Under the pieces are notes generated by a model. That model had not been told where the DNA came from, made no database searches, and saw only the letters and a list, made by a program, of their open reading frames with translations. Both the position numbers and the translations under genes were made by a program. Below, one piece after another: positions 1 to 9,446 of a DNA stretch of 64,000 bases; position 1 is the stretch's first letter; each line of letters opens with the position of its first letter. The stretch is from IMG/VR virus record IMGVR_UViG_3300024259_000010, positions 1 through 64,000 of that record; one strand, given 5' to 3'.

Positions 1-328
1 TGCTTTACCTAAACCTTTATCAGCTTTCTTAATTCCTTTAAGAGCCAGACCAGGTAATGATCTATCAAACATCTTCTTACCGAATTTGCCAATAGCTTTA
101 CCAGCTTTAGATCCAGCGATCTTTCTAGCACCCATACCAACAAGACCACCAGTTGCTAAGAACTTACCAGTCTTTTTGAGAGCAGCTTTAGGATCATCAA
201 TTGCTTTACCTAAACCTTTATCAGCTTTCTTAATTCCTTTAAGAGCCAGACCAGGTAATGATCTATCAAACATCTTCTTACCGAATTTGCCAATAGCTTT
301 ACCAGCTTTAGATCCAGCGATCTTTCTA
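1..328. repeat. Exact 127-bp direct repeat (1-127 and 202-328, period 201 nt = 67 codons)
   Basis: Base-by-base comparison of the two copies. Confidence 0.95.
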
Positions 329-3300
329 CCAGCCATACCAACTAGTCCACCACCAAGAACAAATTTACCAAGTTTGGATTTACCAAGCTTAGAGTTTTTG
401 ATCTTACCAGCAATACCTCTAGCAGCCATACCAGCTAATCCACCAGTAGCCATGAATCCAGCGACCTTACCAAACTTAGTTTTCTTAAACTTAGCAAACG
501 CACCTTCATTTTCAATACCTTCTTCTTCAGCCTTCTGTCCAGCTTCCCACTCTTCTTTATCCTTAGATTCAACATCTTCAGGATTAAGTTTGCCATCAGC
601 TTTAGCAGTCATAAACTTGTTAGCCATATTTTCAGCTTCATCACGTTTACCAGCTTTGAATAAAGATTTGAATTTCTTAATGAATTTTTTAGATGCATTC
701 TTTTCAGTTAAAGTATCAACCCAGTTATCTAATTGTTGATCAGCGTAAGCACCAGCGGCCATCTTCTGAGCCTTCTCAGCTTTCTTACGAGCACGGCGCT
801 TCTTAAGTTTCTTAGCAAGTATAACACCACCTACAGCAACACCAGCAACAGCTAATGCAGGTAATAGGAATGGTGCGGCAGCAGCGGCAGCACCAGCAAT
901 GGCTGTACCAGCAGCAGCACCTGCTCCAGCAAGAGCAGTTCCAGCAGTAGCAAGACCTCCACCAATAGCACCAGCTCCAGGTATCATAGTAGCTAACCCT
1001 GCGGCTTTACTACCAAATCTACCAAGTGCCCCACCAATCTTTCCAAACTTACCTAGCTTACCAAGATTCTTGGCATTCTTACCAGCTTTCGCTAGCTTAG
1101 CAGCCTTCTTAAGTTTACGAGCATCATTCAAACCTTTGAGTGTATTACCAGTATCGATCGCTGCAGAGATACCCATACCAGCACTACCTATCTTACCTAG
1201 TAAACCAGGTTTGTTAGCTAGATTCTGCATACCACCTTTGAGCATACCTTTTGCATCAGTCATATTAGCAGGTACTTTAATTCCCCTACCTTCAGCCTTT
1301 GCCCGCATCTGATCTAAGTATGAACCTTTACGATGTACATCTTCTTCATAATCATCTTCAGCATCGTCAGCACTACCTTCATCATCCATAGGATTGGTTT
1401 TACTAGCAGTAACACCAGCACCAGCTTTACCTGTTGATCCAATAGTTGGAGAAGTTGTAGTAGGTTCACCTGTAGTTGCGCCTAACCGTGTGTTTAATAG
1501 TTCATACATAGTGGAATGGTTTTCATTAACGGCTGCAGTCAATTCTTCAACTTTAGCAGCAATACCTCCACTACCGAAACCCATATCACTTAGTTTGTCT
1601 TTAGCATATCCCATTGCTCCGAGACCTGCTTTACCTGCACCCTTAAGTATAGAGCCATAAACTCCAACACCACCAGACAACACATTAAGACCACTGCTTA
1701 GTAAACCACCAGCTCCAGCAAAAGCTCCACCTAGATCGATATGTATTCCACCACCTGCTCCATCATAAATGGATTTACCAGATACTGTAACTAGACCTTT
1801 TTCAATATCTTCTTCAGATACTAATACGTCTCCAGTTTCAGAATGAATAATAGGTGAGGTGATCTCAATTGTTTTCTTAAGTCTTTTTTTAGTCTCTGCA
1901 ACAAGACCATTCTTTTTCTGAACCTTAGCAGAAACTAGTGGACTACCAACTTTGACTTCATCTTTGATATATACATCGACAAAATTAGGTTGAACAGCTA
2001 AACCAGGAACTTTATCTACTAATGATTTAGCAAGACCGAATCCTCCTTTATAGAATTCTCCCATCATGTCTAAACCACTACCGGCTATATCACTACCACC
2101 TTTGGCTAATATACCAGCTAGATCTCCAAGTTTACCAACACCAGTTCCAAGAGCACTACCAATATGAGGAGCAGCTTGACCAGTTTTATCAGCAAGCCAT
2201 TTTCCAGCACCTTTAAGACCTTTACCATAAGTTGTAGCAACACCACCAATAGTTCGTCCAAGTTTTCCACCACCAGATTTAATACTATCTTTAGCACGTC
2301 TGGTAAGACTCTTAGTGATTTCCCACTTAGTATCTTTAATCATGTCGTCATCATCATAGCCTTCTAAACTTCCAGTTTTAGCGAATACTCTAAATGATTT
2401 ATGGAAACTCTTCATCTCTAGTAGTAATCTAGAACTACCAATAGTTTTATCTTGAACAGTACCGATTGCACCTAATGCCTGATCCTTTAAAGATACAGCA
2501 CCTTTTTTAAGACTATCAAAACCATACATGGATTTAATTGCCAAGGTTTCAGCCCCGGATGCAATCTTATCTCCAGCATACATTCCTTTAATCTGAGCTG
2601 TCTCTATACCAGATCTAGCTTTAGTCACATGACTGGATATATTCTTATCATAAAAGTCTTTAGATACGGTTCTATATTTAGTAAGCTTCTCTCTAACAGA
2701 TGCATTAGTAGCATCAACTGTTTTCATAAGTTTATCTTGGTCTTCTTCCGAGACAACCTTACTAATCTCTTTCATGATAACAGAGTTGATCTTTTTAACA
2801 CGATTGATAACAGATGGATCTTCATCTGGATCTAATTCAGCAGCTTTGTTTAATTCTTTTATTAAACTACCTACCTTCTTTTTAGATCTAGTTAGATCAG
2901 CTCTAAGTTCATCGGGAGTTTTGTTCAATTGAGTATCCACTGCATCAACTACTGATTTACCAGCACCTAATGCTTTGTCCTTAGCAGAGTTTCCAATACC
3001 AATAGCTTTTCGTTTAGCTGACATTCCAGCACTAGGCATAGGTCCAATAAAGTCAGGATCACTAGATGTGTTGCTATAAAGACCTTTCGCCTTTTTAACC
3101 CCTTGTTTAACACCATGTTTAGCTCTGTCAAATGTGTTTTTACCAGTACCCATGGCCATCTGTTTGATGGTCTGTTGTGGCATAGGTCCAACCATCTCAG
3201 GCATAGGTCCATAAAAATCACCAGAACTACTACCTGCAACATTAGAATACTCAGGTGTTTCAATTCTAATTGTCCCATCTGCATCAACAGAAATTGGAAC

Positions 3301-5442
3301 ATCACCAGATGCACCTGAAATATAAGATGCTAGATCTGATAGTAAGAATACATCTTTCTTAGCTAACTTACCAGCAGCGGTTTTAATACCGGATGGGATA
3401 TTCTGAGCAAATTTTGAATTGGTAAAATTCTCACGATCTTCTCGATAGATCATGCTTAAATCTTTTGTCTGTTGAGCTGCTCCACTTAGATAACTACCTG
3501 GATCATCAGAAAGAGAACTTTCTGCAATATTCAAACGTTCTTTATTGAGAGCATCTGTGGAAAACTGTCCACCATCTATATCATCAGCAAAAAGATTATA
3601 TGATCCAAATGTTTCCAATGTACTAGATAGTTTAGTTCTTAATGTATCATTAGCATGTGCATTATGAATACCATCATTGATAAAACTTATGTTTTCATTA
3701 TTTTTAGTACCATCAGGATTAAAATATAACGCCTTGATTAACTGGATAACTCCAATAGGGTCTTTAGTACCCTTCATCAATAATTTAATACCTCGTCCGG
3801 TCAGCTCTTCTGGTTTACTAGCAGCAGTTGCTTCTTTGATAACCCTTGCACTAATAGTAACACCATTGACAACAGCGTTGTTAATAACGATCAATAAATC
3901 TGCTTCTAATTCTTTATATGTGGATTCCTTGACAGTTGACGTCATTGCAGCTATACCTTTGATAGCACCCAATGATTCTACCATGGCTTGACCACGTTCT
4001 TCAGGAGCACCAAGCATAGATTCCATCACAGAAGCTTTAGCCTGAGTCATTGAAACGATTTTACGTTTCTTGGGATCATATGCTTCTATTTCAGTATCAG
4101 TACCAGTAACACTATCTCTAGTATTTTTAGCAATTTTAGATAACCATAGAGGTATGACTTCAACAATAGATTGACGAGTAGCGTTATCAAATACAGAGGC
4201 AGTTGCTCCTTCTTCAAATAATTGATTACCAACATCTACATGTGTCGTCTTCTTGGGTATCATGCTTCCGATTAATTTCAAAGCAATATTATCGGATTCA
4301 CTCAACGCATCGGCAAAGTCACGACCACCAGTTTTAATCTTACCTTGAACAGTTCTTGCTGTTCTATCGGCAACGTTAGCAATAGGTCTTATTTTATTAA
4401 GAGCAGATCTCCCACCGATCATACCAAGTATTGTACCAAGTGGACCACCGGCTTTCTCGCCTTTGCTTTTACCCATACCCAATTGATCAAAGTCGCCTTC
4501 CATGTCCCTTTCGACTTCCATGCTATCAATGAGCATATCGAGCATAGGAGCTAACTGTCCAATGTTATCAACCACATTTGATTTAAATCCTTTGGCAGCG
4601 CCTCCTACCATACCACTAATAGAATTAACACCAAGATCTGCAATCTTACCACGAACACTATGTTTTAAAAATTCAGCTGATTGTGCTTTTGCAACTTCAG
4701 GTAAGGCAGTGTTCTTACTAACAATAGCGATATTGTCTTCGAACGATTGTGCAAATACTTTCAATACACCAAGAGTTTCTTTAGAAGTATATAAGTGCAT
4801 ATACTTTAACTCAAGCATTTTCTTCATCCAGTCCTGCTGAGCAGAAACTGTATATTGATTTGAAAATTCTAACTGTGAGTTAATATTGGATAACATTCCA
4901 ATAGTGCTTCTATGTCTCAGTGAGTCACGGGCTTTGTCAACTAACTTATCAGCCCGAGCATGTTCATCTTTTGTCTTATTGGTACTAGCTATATTTGCAA
5001 ACATAGCTTCAGATGAAGCTCGTGCTACATTCTGTGCTTCAGAATATGCATCCTCAGCTTCAGCACCCGTTGATTCAGAAGAGGATTTGGAAAACTCTTC
5101 TAGCTTATTATACATGCCTTTTGGAATGAATCGTTTAGCAGTAGGTAAAGCAAATGCGGTAGCACGTTTTCCAACAATGGCAGCCTTACGTACTTCAGCA
5201 CGTAGTTCACCGAGTGATTCAACACCTATATCTTTTGCAGCACCTATGTCGCTTAATAACTCAGATGTATTAGGCATTGAACTTAAAATATGTTTACCAG
5301 CAGTTTTCATTCCAGCAGGTACACCTGCTTTAACTAAGTCTTTGGCATTGGAACCCAATCCCATTACTGGTTTTCTAGATTTAGGATCTATTGAATCAGA
5401 TGAATAATTACTGCTGAAATCATCAGCCATAAAACTATCCAT
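1..5442 (-). CDS. Large tail/tape-measure protein, phiKZ gp181-like (C-terminus beyond the window, >1814 aa)
   Basis: ATG at 5442 (alternative 5430). The frame was translated or spot-checked by hand to position 1 with no stop seen; it is absent from the ORF track because its stop is outside the window. Ala/Gly/Lys-rich, with FDNATRQSIVEVIPLWLSKI and VDVYIKDE segments resembling phiKZ gp181-type proteins, and a hydrophobic segment PFLLPALAVAGVAVGGVILA. Confidence 0.75.
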   Translation of the reverse strand, partial: MDSFMADDFSSNYSSDSIDPKSRKPVMGLGSNAKDLVKAGVPAGMKTAGKHILSSMPNTSELLSDIGAAKDIGVESLGELRAEVRKAAIVGKRATAFALPTAKRFIPKGMYNKLEEFSKSSSESTGAEAEDAYSEAQNVARASSEAMFANIASTNKTKDEHARADKLVDKARDSLRHRSTIGMLSNINSQLEFSNQYTVSAQQDWMKKMLELKYMHLYTSKETLGVLKVFAQSFEDNIAIVSKNTALPEVAKAQSAEFLKHSVRGKIADLGVNSISGMVGGAAKGFKSNVVDNIGQLAPMLDMLIDSMEVERDMEGDFDQLGMGKSKGEKAGGPLGTILGMIGGRSALNKIRPIANVADRTARTVQGKIKTGGRDFADALSESDNIALKLIGSMIPKKTTHVDVGNQLFEEGATASVFDNATRQSIVEVIPLWLSKIAKNTRDSVTGTDTEIEAYDPKKRKIVSMTQAKASVMESMLGAPEERGQAMVESLGAIKGIAAMTSTVKESTYKELEADLLIVINNAVVNGVTISARVIKEATAASKPEELTGRGIKLLMKGTKDPIGVIQLIKALYFNPDGTKNNENISFINDGIHNAHANDTLRTKLSSTLETFGSYNLFADDIDGGQFSTDALNKERLNIAESSLSDDPGSYLSGAAQQTKDLSMIYREDRENFTNSKFAQNIPSGIKTAAGKLAKKDVFLLSDLASYISGASGDVPISVDADGTIRIETPEYSNVAGSSSGDFYGPMPEMVGPMPQQTIKQMAMGTGKNTFDRAKHGVKQGVKKAKGLYSNTSSDPDFIGPMPSAGMSAKRKAIGIGNSAKDKALGAGKSVVDAVDTQLNKTPDELRADLTRSKKKVGSLIKELNKAAELDPDEDPSVINRVKKINSVIMKEISKVVSEEDQDKLMKTVDATNASVREKLTKYRTVSKDFYDKNISSHVTKARSGIETAQIKGMYAGDKIASGAETLAIKSMYGFDSLKKGAVSLKDQALGAIGTVQDKTIGSSRLLLEMKSFHKSFRVFAKTGSLEGYDDDDMIKDTKWEITKSLTRRAKDSIKSGGGKLGRTIGGVATTYGKGLKGAGKWLADKTGQAAPHIGSALGTGVGKLGDLAGILAKGGSDIAGSGLDMMGEFYKGGFGLAKSLVDKVPGLAVQPNFVDVYIKDEVKVGSPLVSAKVQKKNGLVAETKKRLKKTIEITSPIIHSETGDVLVSEEDIEKGLVTVSGKSIYDGAGGGIHIDLGGAFAGAGGLLSSGLNVLSGGVGVYGSILKGAGKAGLGAMGYAKDKLSDMGFGSGGIAAKVEELTAAVNENHSTMYELLNTRLGATTGEPTTTSPTIGSTGKAGAGVTASKTNPMDDEGSADDAEDDYEEDVHRKGSYLDQMRAKAEGRGIKVPANMTDAKGMLKGGMQNLANKPGLLGKIGSAGMGISAAIDTGNTLKGLNDARKLKKAAKLAKAGKNAKNLGKLGKFGKIGGALGRFGSKAAGLATMIPGAGAIGGGLATAGTALAGAGAAAGTAIAGAAAAAAPFLLPALAVAGVAVGGVILAKKLKKRRARKKAEKAQKMAAGAYADQQLDNWVDTLTEKNASKKFIKKFKSLFKAGKRDEAENMANKFMTAKADGKLNPEDVESKDKEEWEAGQKAEEEGIENEGAFAKFKKTKFGKVAGFMATGGLAGMAARGIAGKIKNSKLGKSKLGKFVLGGGLVGMAGRKIAGSKAGKAIGKFGKKMFDRSLPGLALKGIKKADKGLGKAIDDPKAALKKTGKFLATGGLVGMGARKIAGSKAGKAIGKFGKKMFDRSLPGLALKGIKKADKGLGKA

Positions 5443-5461
5443 ATTCTCTTCTTTAAACTTA

Positions 5462-6259
5462 TTATTTTTCATAAGTAATATCCATTATTACAAACTTAAA
5501 ATCACAAAATGCATTGAATACAATTTCAGTATTCTGCAATATCTGATCATCAGTTAATTTTTCGTCACCAGGCTTAACATCTTGCACTTCCTCAATAAAT
5601 GGAAATGTATGTAGTGATTTATGTACAAGTAATGTTCCAGCTTCTAGCAGAGGTTGAAATCTCCCGTGCTCCATAAACTTACCCAATTTATAGATAGACA
5701 TGTGGTCTAGGGTTGTTACAATCTCTTCACCATAATCATATATTTGGGGATCAGTTATAGTGATGTTCCAATATGACAATTCTTTTTTAAGACAAGCGAT
5801 TAATTTATCCTTACCTTCAAGTGACAATTTAACATCACCTGATCCGATGAATAGTTGAGGTACAACATTAGCATCACTACCCATTCTATTATTACCTAAA
5901 ACAGCATCGCCGAATTTAAAAAAGTATTTATAATAATCAGTAGGTGGGCTAATACGTTCTAGCTTTGCATGATTATCAGTGTCTTGCATAAATGCATATA
6001 TATCTTCATCTGTAAATTTTAGTTTAGGGAAATATTTCATAACTTTATCTTCTCTGCGATCATTATAATTCGACAGATTAGCTAGTAGATAATCATACTC
6101 TTCTTTGCTAGATATAAGACTCAATAATGCACCTATTCTAAAATCAAAAAAACAATCCAGATCAACATACAGCACACCTACTGGTGCAACTATATCTTCC
6201 ATTGCTGCACCGGCTATTGATTGTAATGAGGCTGCCACATCTCCAGACATTTTTTCCAT
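5462..6259 (-). CDS. Conserved phiKZ-like hypothetical protein
   Basis: ORF; GGAG RBS before ATG 6259; LYVDLDCFFDFRIGAL resembles a motif common in phiKZ-like phage proteins. Confidence 0.65.
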   Translation of the reverse strand: MEKMSGDVAASLQSIAGAAMEDIVAPVGVLYVDLDCFFDFRIGALLSLISSKEEYDYLLANLSNYNDRREDKVMKYFPKLKFTDEDIYAFMQDTDNHAKLERISPPTDYYKYFFKFGDAVLGNNRMGSDANVVPQLFIGSGDVKLSLEGKDKLIACLKKELSYWNITITDPQIYDYGEEIVTTLDHMSIYKLGKFMEHGRFQPLLEAGTLLVHKSLHTFPFIEEVQDVKPGDEKLTDDQILQNTEIVFNAFCDFKFVIMDITYEK

Positions 6260-6382
6260 AATTTCTCTCCGTTTTTTATCCATATAATGGGCTTTATTGA
6301 CATTTTTTAAAAACATAAATAATCATTTAATGTACTATAATTATAAAAATTTTTAGATTACAAAATATTAAAGGAGATTGTC

Positions 6383-6739
6383 ATGGATATTACAGAGGTA
6401 CAAGAAAAAGAATTATTAACAGATAGATTCACTAAACGTTATTCAAGTGTTAACTCACTTATTACATTTTTGATTGCTACCGATGATTATATTACAGTGG
6501 GCGATATTTTGGATGTTGTAAATAACCAAGGGCAGTTCGAATACTTGGACGACGCTGATATTGAAATGGTAGTAGGGTTTGATAAACCTGCTTCTGATAA
6601 CCAAGTTTTATTCGCATTAGTAGATCTTGAATCATGGGGTCTTATTGAAAATATTAAGACTATGGAAGATGGAGTGGAAGTTACTTACATTCGGTGGGGA
6701 ACTAATGATAAAGGTGAACTTCCTACTGTAGCTGAATAA
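6383..6739 (+). CDS. Hypothetical protein
   Basis: 118-aa ORF with AAGGAG RBS. Confidence 0.8.
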   Translation: MDITEVQEKELLTDRFTKRYSSVNSLITFLIATDDYITVGDILDVVNNQGQFEYLDDADIEMVVGFDKPASDNQVLFALVDLESWGLIENIKTMEDGVEVTYIRWGTNDKGELPTVAE

Positions 6740-6740
6740 T

Positions 6741-7070
6741 ATGAAATTTATAATTTGCACAATGATGGATGCTGAGCCGATGACAAAATCTGAGGCTCAG
6801 ATGAAAATCCACGGTAAAGAATTACCAAAGGATGTGTTAGATGAGGATGGGTATTTGGTTAGCTATCCTAATGATCTATCAACTTGGTATAACAAAGAGT
6901 CTTTCTTAAGAAAAGCTTTCCCATTGAATGATGGCGATATGATAACAACTGAGGATGTAAATAAGTTTCATGAAACCTCCACATATTTCACTGGAGATAA
7001 GACTATGACAACACATGTCTTAAATGTTATAATGAAATGGACGAGAGGCACATTGTTTAAAAATAAATAA
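6741..7070 (+). CDS. Phage hypothetical protein (AEPMT...GYLVxY..W domain)
   Basis: 109-aa ORF; motif resembles a widespread small phage domain. Confidence 0.65.
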   Translation: MKFIICTMMDAEPMTKSEAQMKIHGKELPKDVLDEDGYLVSYPNDLSTWYNKESFLRKAFPLNDGDMITTEDVNKFHETSTYFTGDKTMTTHVLNVIMKWTRGTLFKNK

Positions 7071-7128
7071 TTTTGATTAATAGTATACCTAGTATATATA
7101 AGTGGATATCTCATGTCTATTATAAGTA

Positions 7129-7136
7129 TATATTAC
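7129..7136 (+). promoter_or_regulatory. phiKZ-type early promoter TATATTAC
   Basis: Exact match to the published phiKZ early promoter consensus; intergenic, upstream of a plus-strand gene; one of 19 copies found. Confidence 0.8.
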
Positions 7137-7181
7137 TTTTTTGTATCAATGAATATAAACTATAATCAAAAGGATATCCGT

Positions 7182-7646
7182 ATGGATGACAATAAATTAA
7201 ATATTATTAAAGATGCGATTAAAACTGTTGTTGAAGCTGAAGTTGGAGTAGATGTTCTATATCCTATTTTATTTACTACTAAATTTGGTATTGATCGTAA
7301 AGTGGCTGCGCTTGCATACACTATGCGTGTTGATAAAGAAGAACTTGTTTCCATCTTACCTAAGCGTGCTGAAGGAGAAGGTGTTAATGCTAGAGCATCT
7401 ATTGCGGTTCTTGTGGAGCTAATCAGAAAAGCACGTGGTTTTGAACCTAAGCCTGCAAAGGTTAAGACAGATAAACCTACTGAGGAAAAACCAGTAACAC
7501 ATAAGTGTGACTGTGGTGCCTGTATGTGTGATAAGGATCATAAATCTCTTGGGGGAGATGATGACTCTATTGAAGAAGGTATTCCTCTGACCGCAGATAA
7601 TGCATCTTTACCAGAAGAAAAGGAAGCTGAACTTATTGCTGAATAA
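7182..7646 (+). CDS. Hypothetical early protein
   Basis: AAGGA RBS before ATG 7182; downstream of the promoter. Confidence 0.75.
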   Translation: MDDNKLNIIKDAIKTVVEAEVGVDVLYPILFTTKFGIDRKVAALAYTMRVDKEELVSILPKRAEGEGVNARASIAVLVELIRKARGFEPKPAKVKTDKPTEEKPVTHKCDCGACMCDKDHKSLGGDDDSIEEGIPLTADNASLPEEKEAELIAE

Positions 7647-7730
7647 ATATGTATGAACAGCCACCATTTAACCATATAAGATTGTCAAATAAATGTTTCA
7701 TAGAACAGGGGTGATTTAAGATAGAAAGTA

Positions 7731-7814
7731 GGCCGCATGGCGGAATGGCAGACGCAACGGTCTTAAAAACCGTTTTCTTCGGAAGTGTGAGTTCGACTCT
7801 CACTGTGGCTACCA
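7731..7814 (+). tRNA. tRNA-Leu(UAA)
   Basis: Acceptor GGCCGCA/TGTGGCT, D arm GCGGAATGGCAGACGC, anticodon arm ACGGT-CTTAAAA-ACCGT, long variable arm, TTCGA T loop, encoded CCA. Confidence 0.95.
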
Positions 7815-7819
7815 ACTAT

Positions 7820-7875
7820 CTTAAAATCTGTCGACTATTGCAGTCGTGTCGGTTCGATTCCGGCCTTGGGTACCA
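7820..7875 (+). pseudogene. Orphan 3' half of a second tRNA-Leu(UAA)
   Basis: CTTAAAA loop, variable arm, T arm GTCGG-TTCGATT-CCGGC, CTTGGGT-A-CCA; no matching 5' half nearby. Confidence 0.75.
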
Positions 7876-7893
7876 AAATGTTATTCTAGTTAA

Positions 7894-8384
7894 GTCGGAG
7901 CGTAACGTTATACATTAATTAGTAGCGATAGGACGCTAAGACAAAACTACGATGAAACTCACAAGCTGATAAACCAGAGTATATTCCTTTCTATGATTTG
8001 GAATGAATTGATACTAGATATGTCTGGTTGTTTTATCTATTACGATGATATCTTAAGATTGATTCGTGATGCATTTATTATAATCCTAAAGGATCTTATG
8101 ATAGATGTAAAGACCTGATCGCAGATCCAAAAGATGGGCGCGATTTGGGCAACCCAGCCAAGAATGCAACTGCTTGGTGTCGTTTGACTTAATAGACGGG
8201 TTATATACGTCATGTGTTGTGGTAACGGTTCTATGGACGCATAGACTGGTCGACGGTGGTTCCGGTTATAACCAAGGATTGAGAGGGAAGATGTGGGTGC
8301 CAATGTTATCAAGGATTATTGCAATACGTTGTAGTGATCAGATATTACGCATCATTCGAACACGCCCCTACCTCGCTCTCCGAC
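7894..8384 (+). ncRNA. Candidate ~490-nt structured ncRNA (RNA-A), family unassigned
   Basis: 5'/3' closing helix, many internal hairpins, terminator directly after; only weak short ORFs overlap. Confidence 0.6.
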
Positions 8385-8391
8385 CTTTTTA

Positions 8392-8428
8392 AATACTTCT
8401 ACCTCAATCGGGTAGGAGTATTCTTTTT
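8392..8428 (+). terminator. Rho-independent terminator
   Basis: TACTTCTACC/GGTAGGAGTA stem plus T-rich tail. Confidence 0.8.
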
Positions 8429-8467
8429 ATATCTGTTATCAAATTAATCAATAAATAAGGAAGAACA

Positions 8468-8725
8468 ATGGCTAAGAAGAAAGAACAAGGACCAAGAATT
8501 TCAGCATGTGGTACACATAAACACATGATCAATGAACGCTTAACTGAAGCTGTTATCAATGAAGGCAAGATCGTATGTAAAGACTCTAAAGGTTTTTATG
8601 TAACTACTGCTCGTGAAATTGATAGTGGTCTTATGGACCCTAATCGTCAGAAGTGTACTCGTGTGCGGGATAATGAACTCGCCGCTGAAGGTATTGTTAT
8701 CGGTACTACTCATAATGCAGATTAA
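8468..8725 (+). CDS. Hypothetical protein
   Basis: 85-aa ORF, AAGGAAG RBS. Confidence 0.75.
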   Translation: MAKKKEQGPRISACGTHKHMINERLTEAVINEGKIVCKDSKGFYVTTAREIDSGLMDPNRQKCTRVRDNELAAEGIVIGTTHNAD

Positions 8726-8843
8726 AGAAGTATGGGATAAATGCGCCCAAGAAGAAAAAGATAAGCTTTTTAAAATAGGATGGTTTTCTTTAATAGGAAT
8801 TCTTATTGCATGTGGTGCACTTGTTATATTTTACAAAGGATAG
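8715..8843 (+). CDS. Small membrane protein (42 aa)
   Basis: ATG 8715; hydrophobic segment GWFSLIGILIACGALVIF. Confidence 0.55.
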   Translation: MQIKEVWDKCAQEEKDKLFKIGWFSLIGILIACGALVIFYKG

Positions 8844-8846
8844 TTT

Positions 8847-9389
8847 ATGAAAATAGAAATACTCACACCATTATTAGTACGCTGTCGCCGATATGGAATC
8901 TCATTTGATTATGGATGGGATGATGAAACTGATACATACAGATTAAAGCTATTCATAAATAAGACTAAAGTATATGATACTGGTCCGACTATGGAAATAG
9001 AAGCTGGTGTGCAGGAAGCTATTAAACGCATTGATAAAGAAAATGAAAATGGTGATCTTAATAACCATACTAATGTTATCGATGCTACTATTAATGTAGA
9101 TAAAGAAGATTCTGAGTTATTCCACAAGATCAAGGAAACTATTGGATTCTTACTTGGTGTACCTGAGAAAAAGATTACATTGAAATCAAGTATCGTAGAA
9201 GATCTTAAAGCTAATTCATTGGATTCAGTTGAATTGATCATGCAGATTGAAGAAGACTTTGGTGTTACTATCTTGGATGAGGACGCTGTTAAAATTAAGA
9301 CAGTGGAAGATATCTATAATTGGGCGGTAGCATATGGCTCACCTAGTTGTCGAGTACTTGCTGTAACTAAGATAACCAAAATAGATTAA
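8847..9389 (+). CDS. Acyl carrier protein domain fused to an unknown N-terminal domain
   Basis: EDLKANSLDSVELIMQIEEDFGVTILDEDAVKIKTVEDI matches the AcpP consensus except DSL is NSL. Confidence 0.85.
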   Translation: MKIEILTPLLVRCRRYGISFDYGWDDETDTYRLKLFINKTKVYDTGPTMEIEAGVQEAIKRIDKENENGDLNNHTNVIDATINVDKEDSELFHKIKETIGFLLGVPEKKITLKSSIVEDLKANSLDSVELIMQIEEDFGVTILDEDAVKIKTVEDIYNWAVAYGSPSCRVLAVTKITKID

Positions 9390-9446
9390 TTAAGAATATG
9401 CAAATCTTGCTTTCAAAAAGTGAGTTTAATAATTTATATCCCTGAG

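Noticed and set aside
3040-3210. Three GPMP motifs in the tail protein
   Set aside because: Short low-complexity repeat with no evident further significance.
86-5407. Plus-strand ORFs listed by the track (86-739, 899-1312, 3677-3991, 4886-5407 and others)
   Set aside because: Antisense shadows of the long minus-strand tail gene; Pro/Leu/Ser-rich and lacking RBS.
7731-7875. attL/attR integration scar at tRNA-Leu
   Set aside because: The fragment differs in sequence from the intact tRNA 3' end and no integrase is present.
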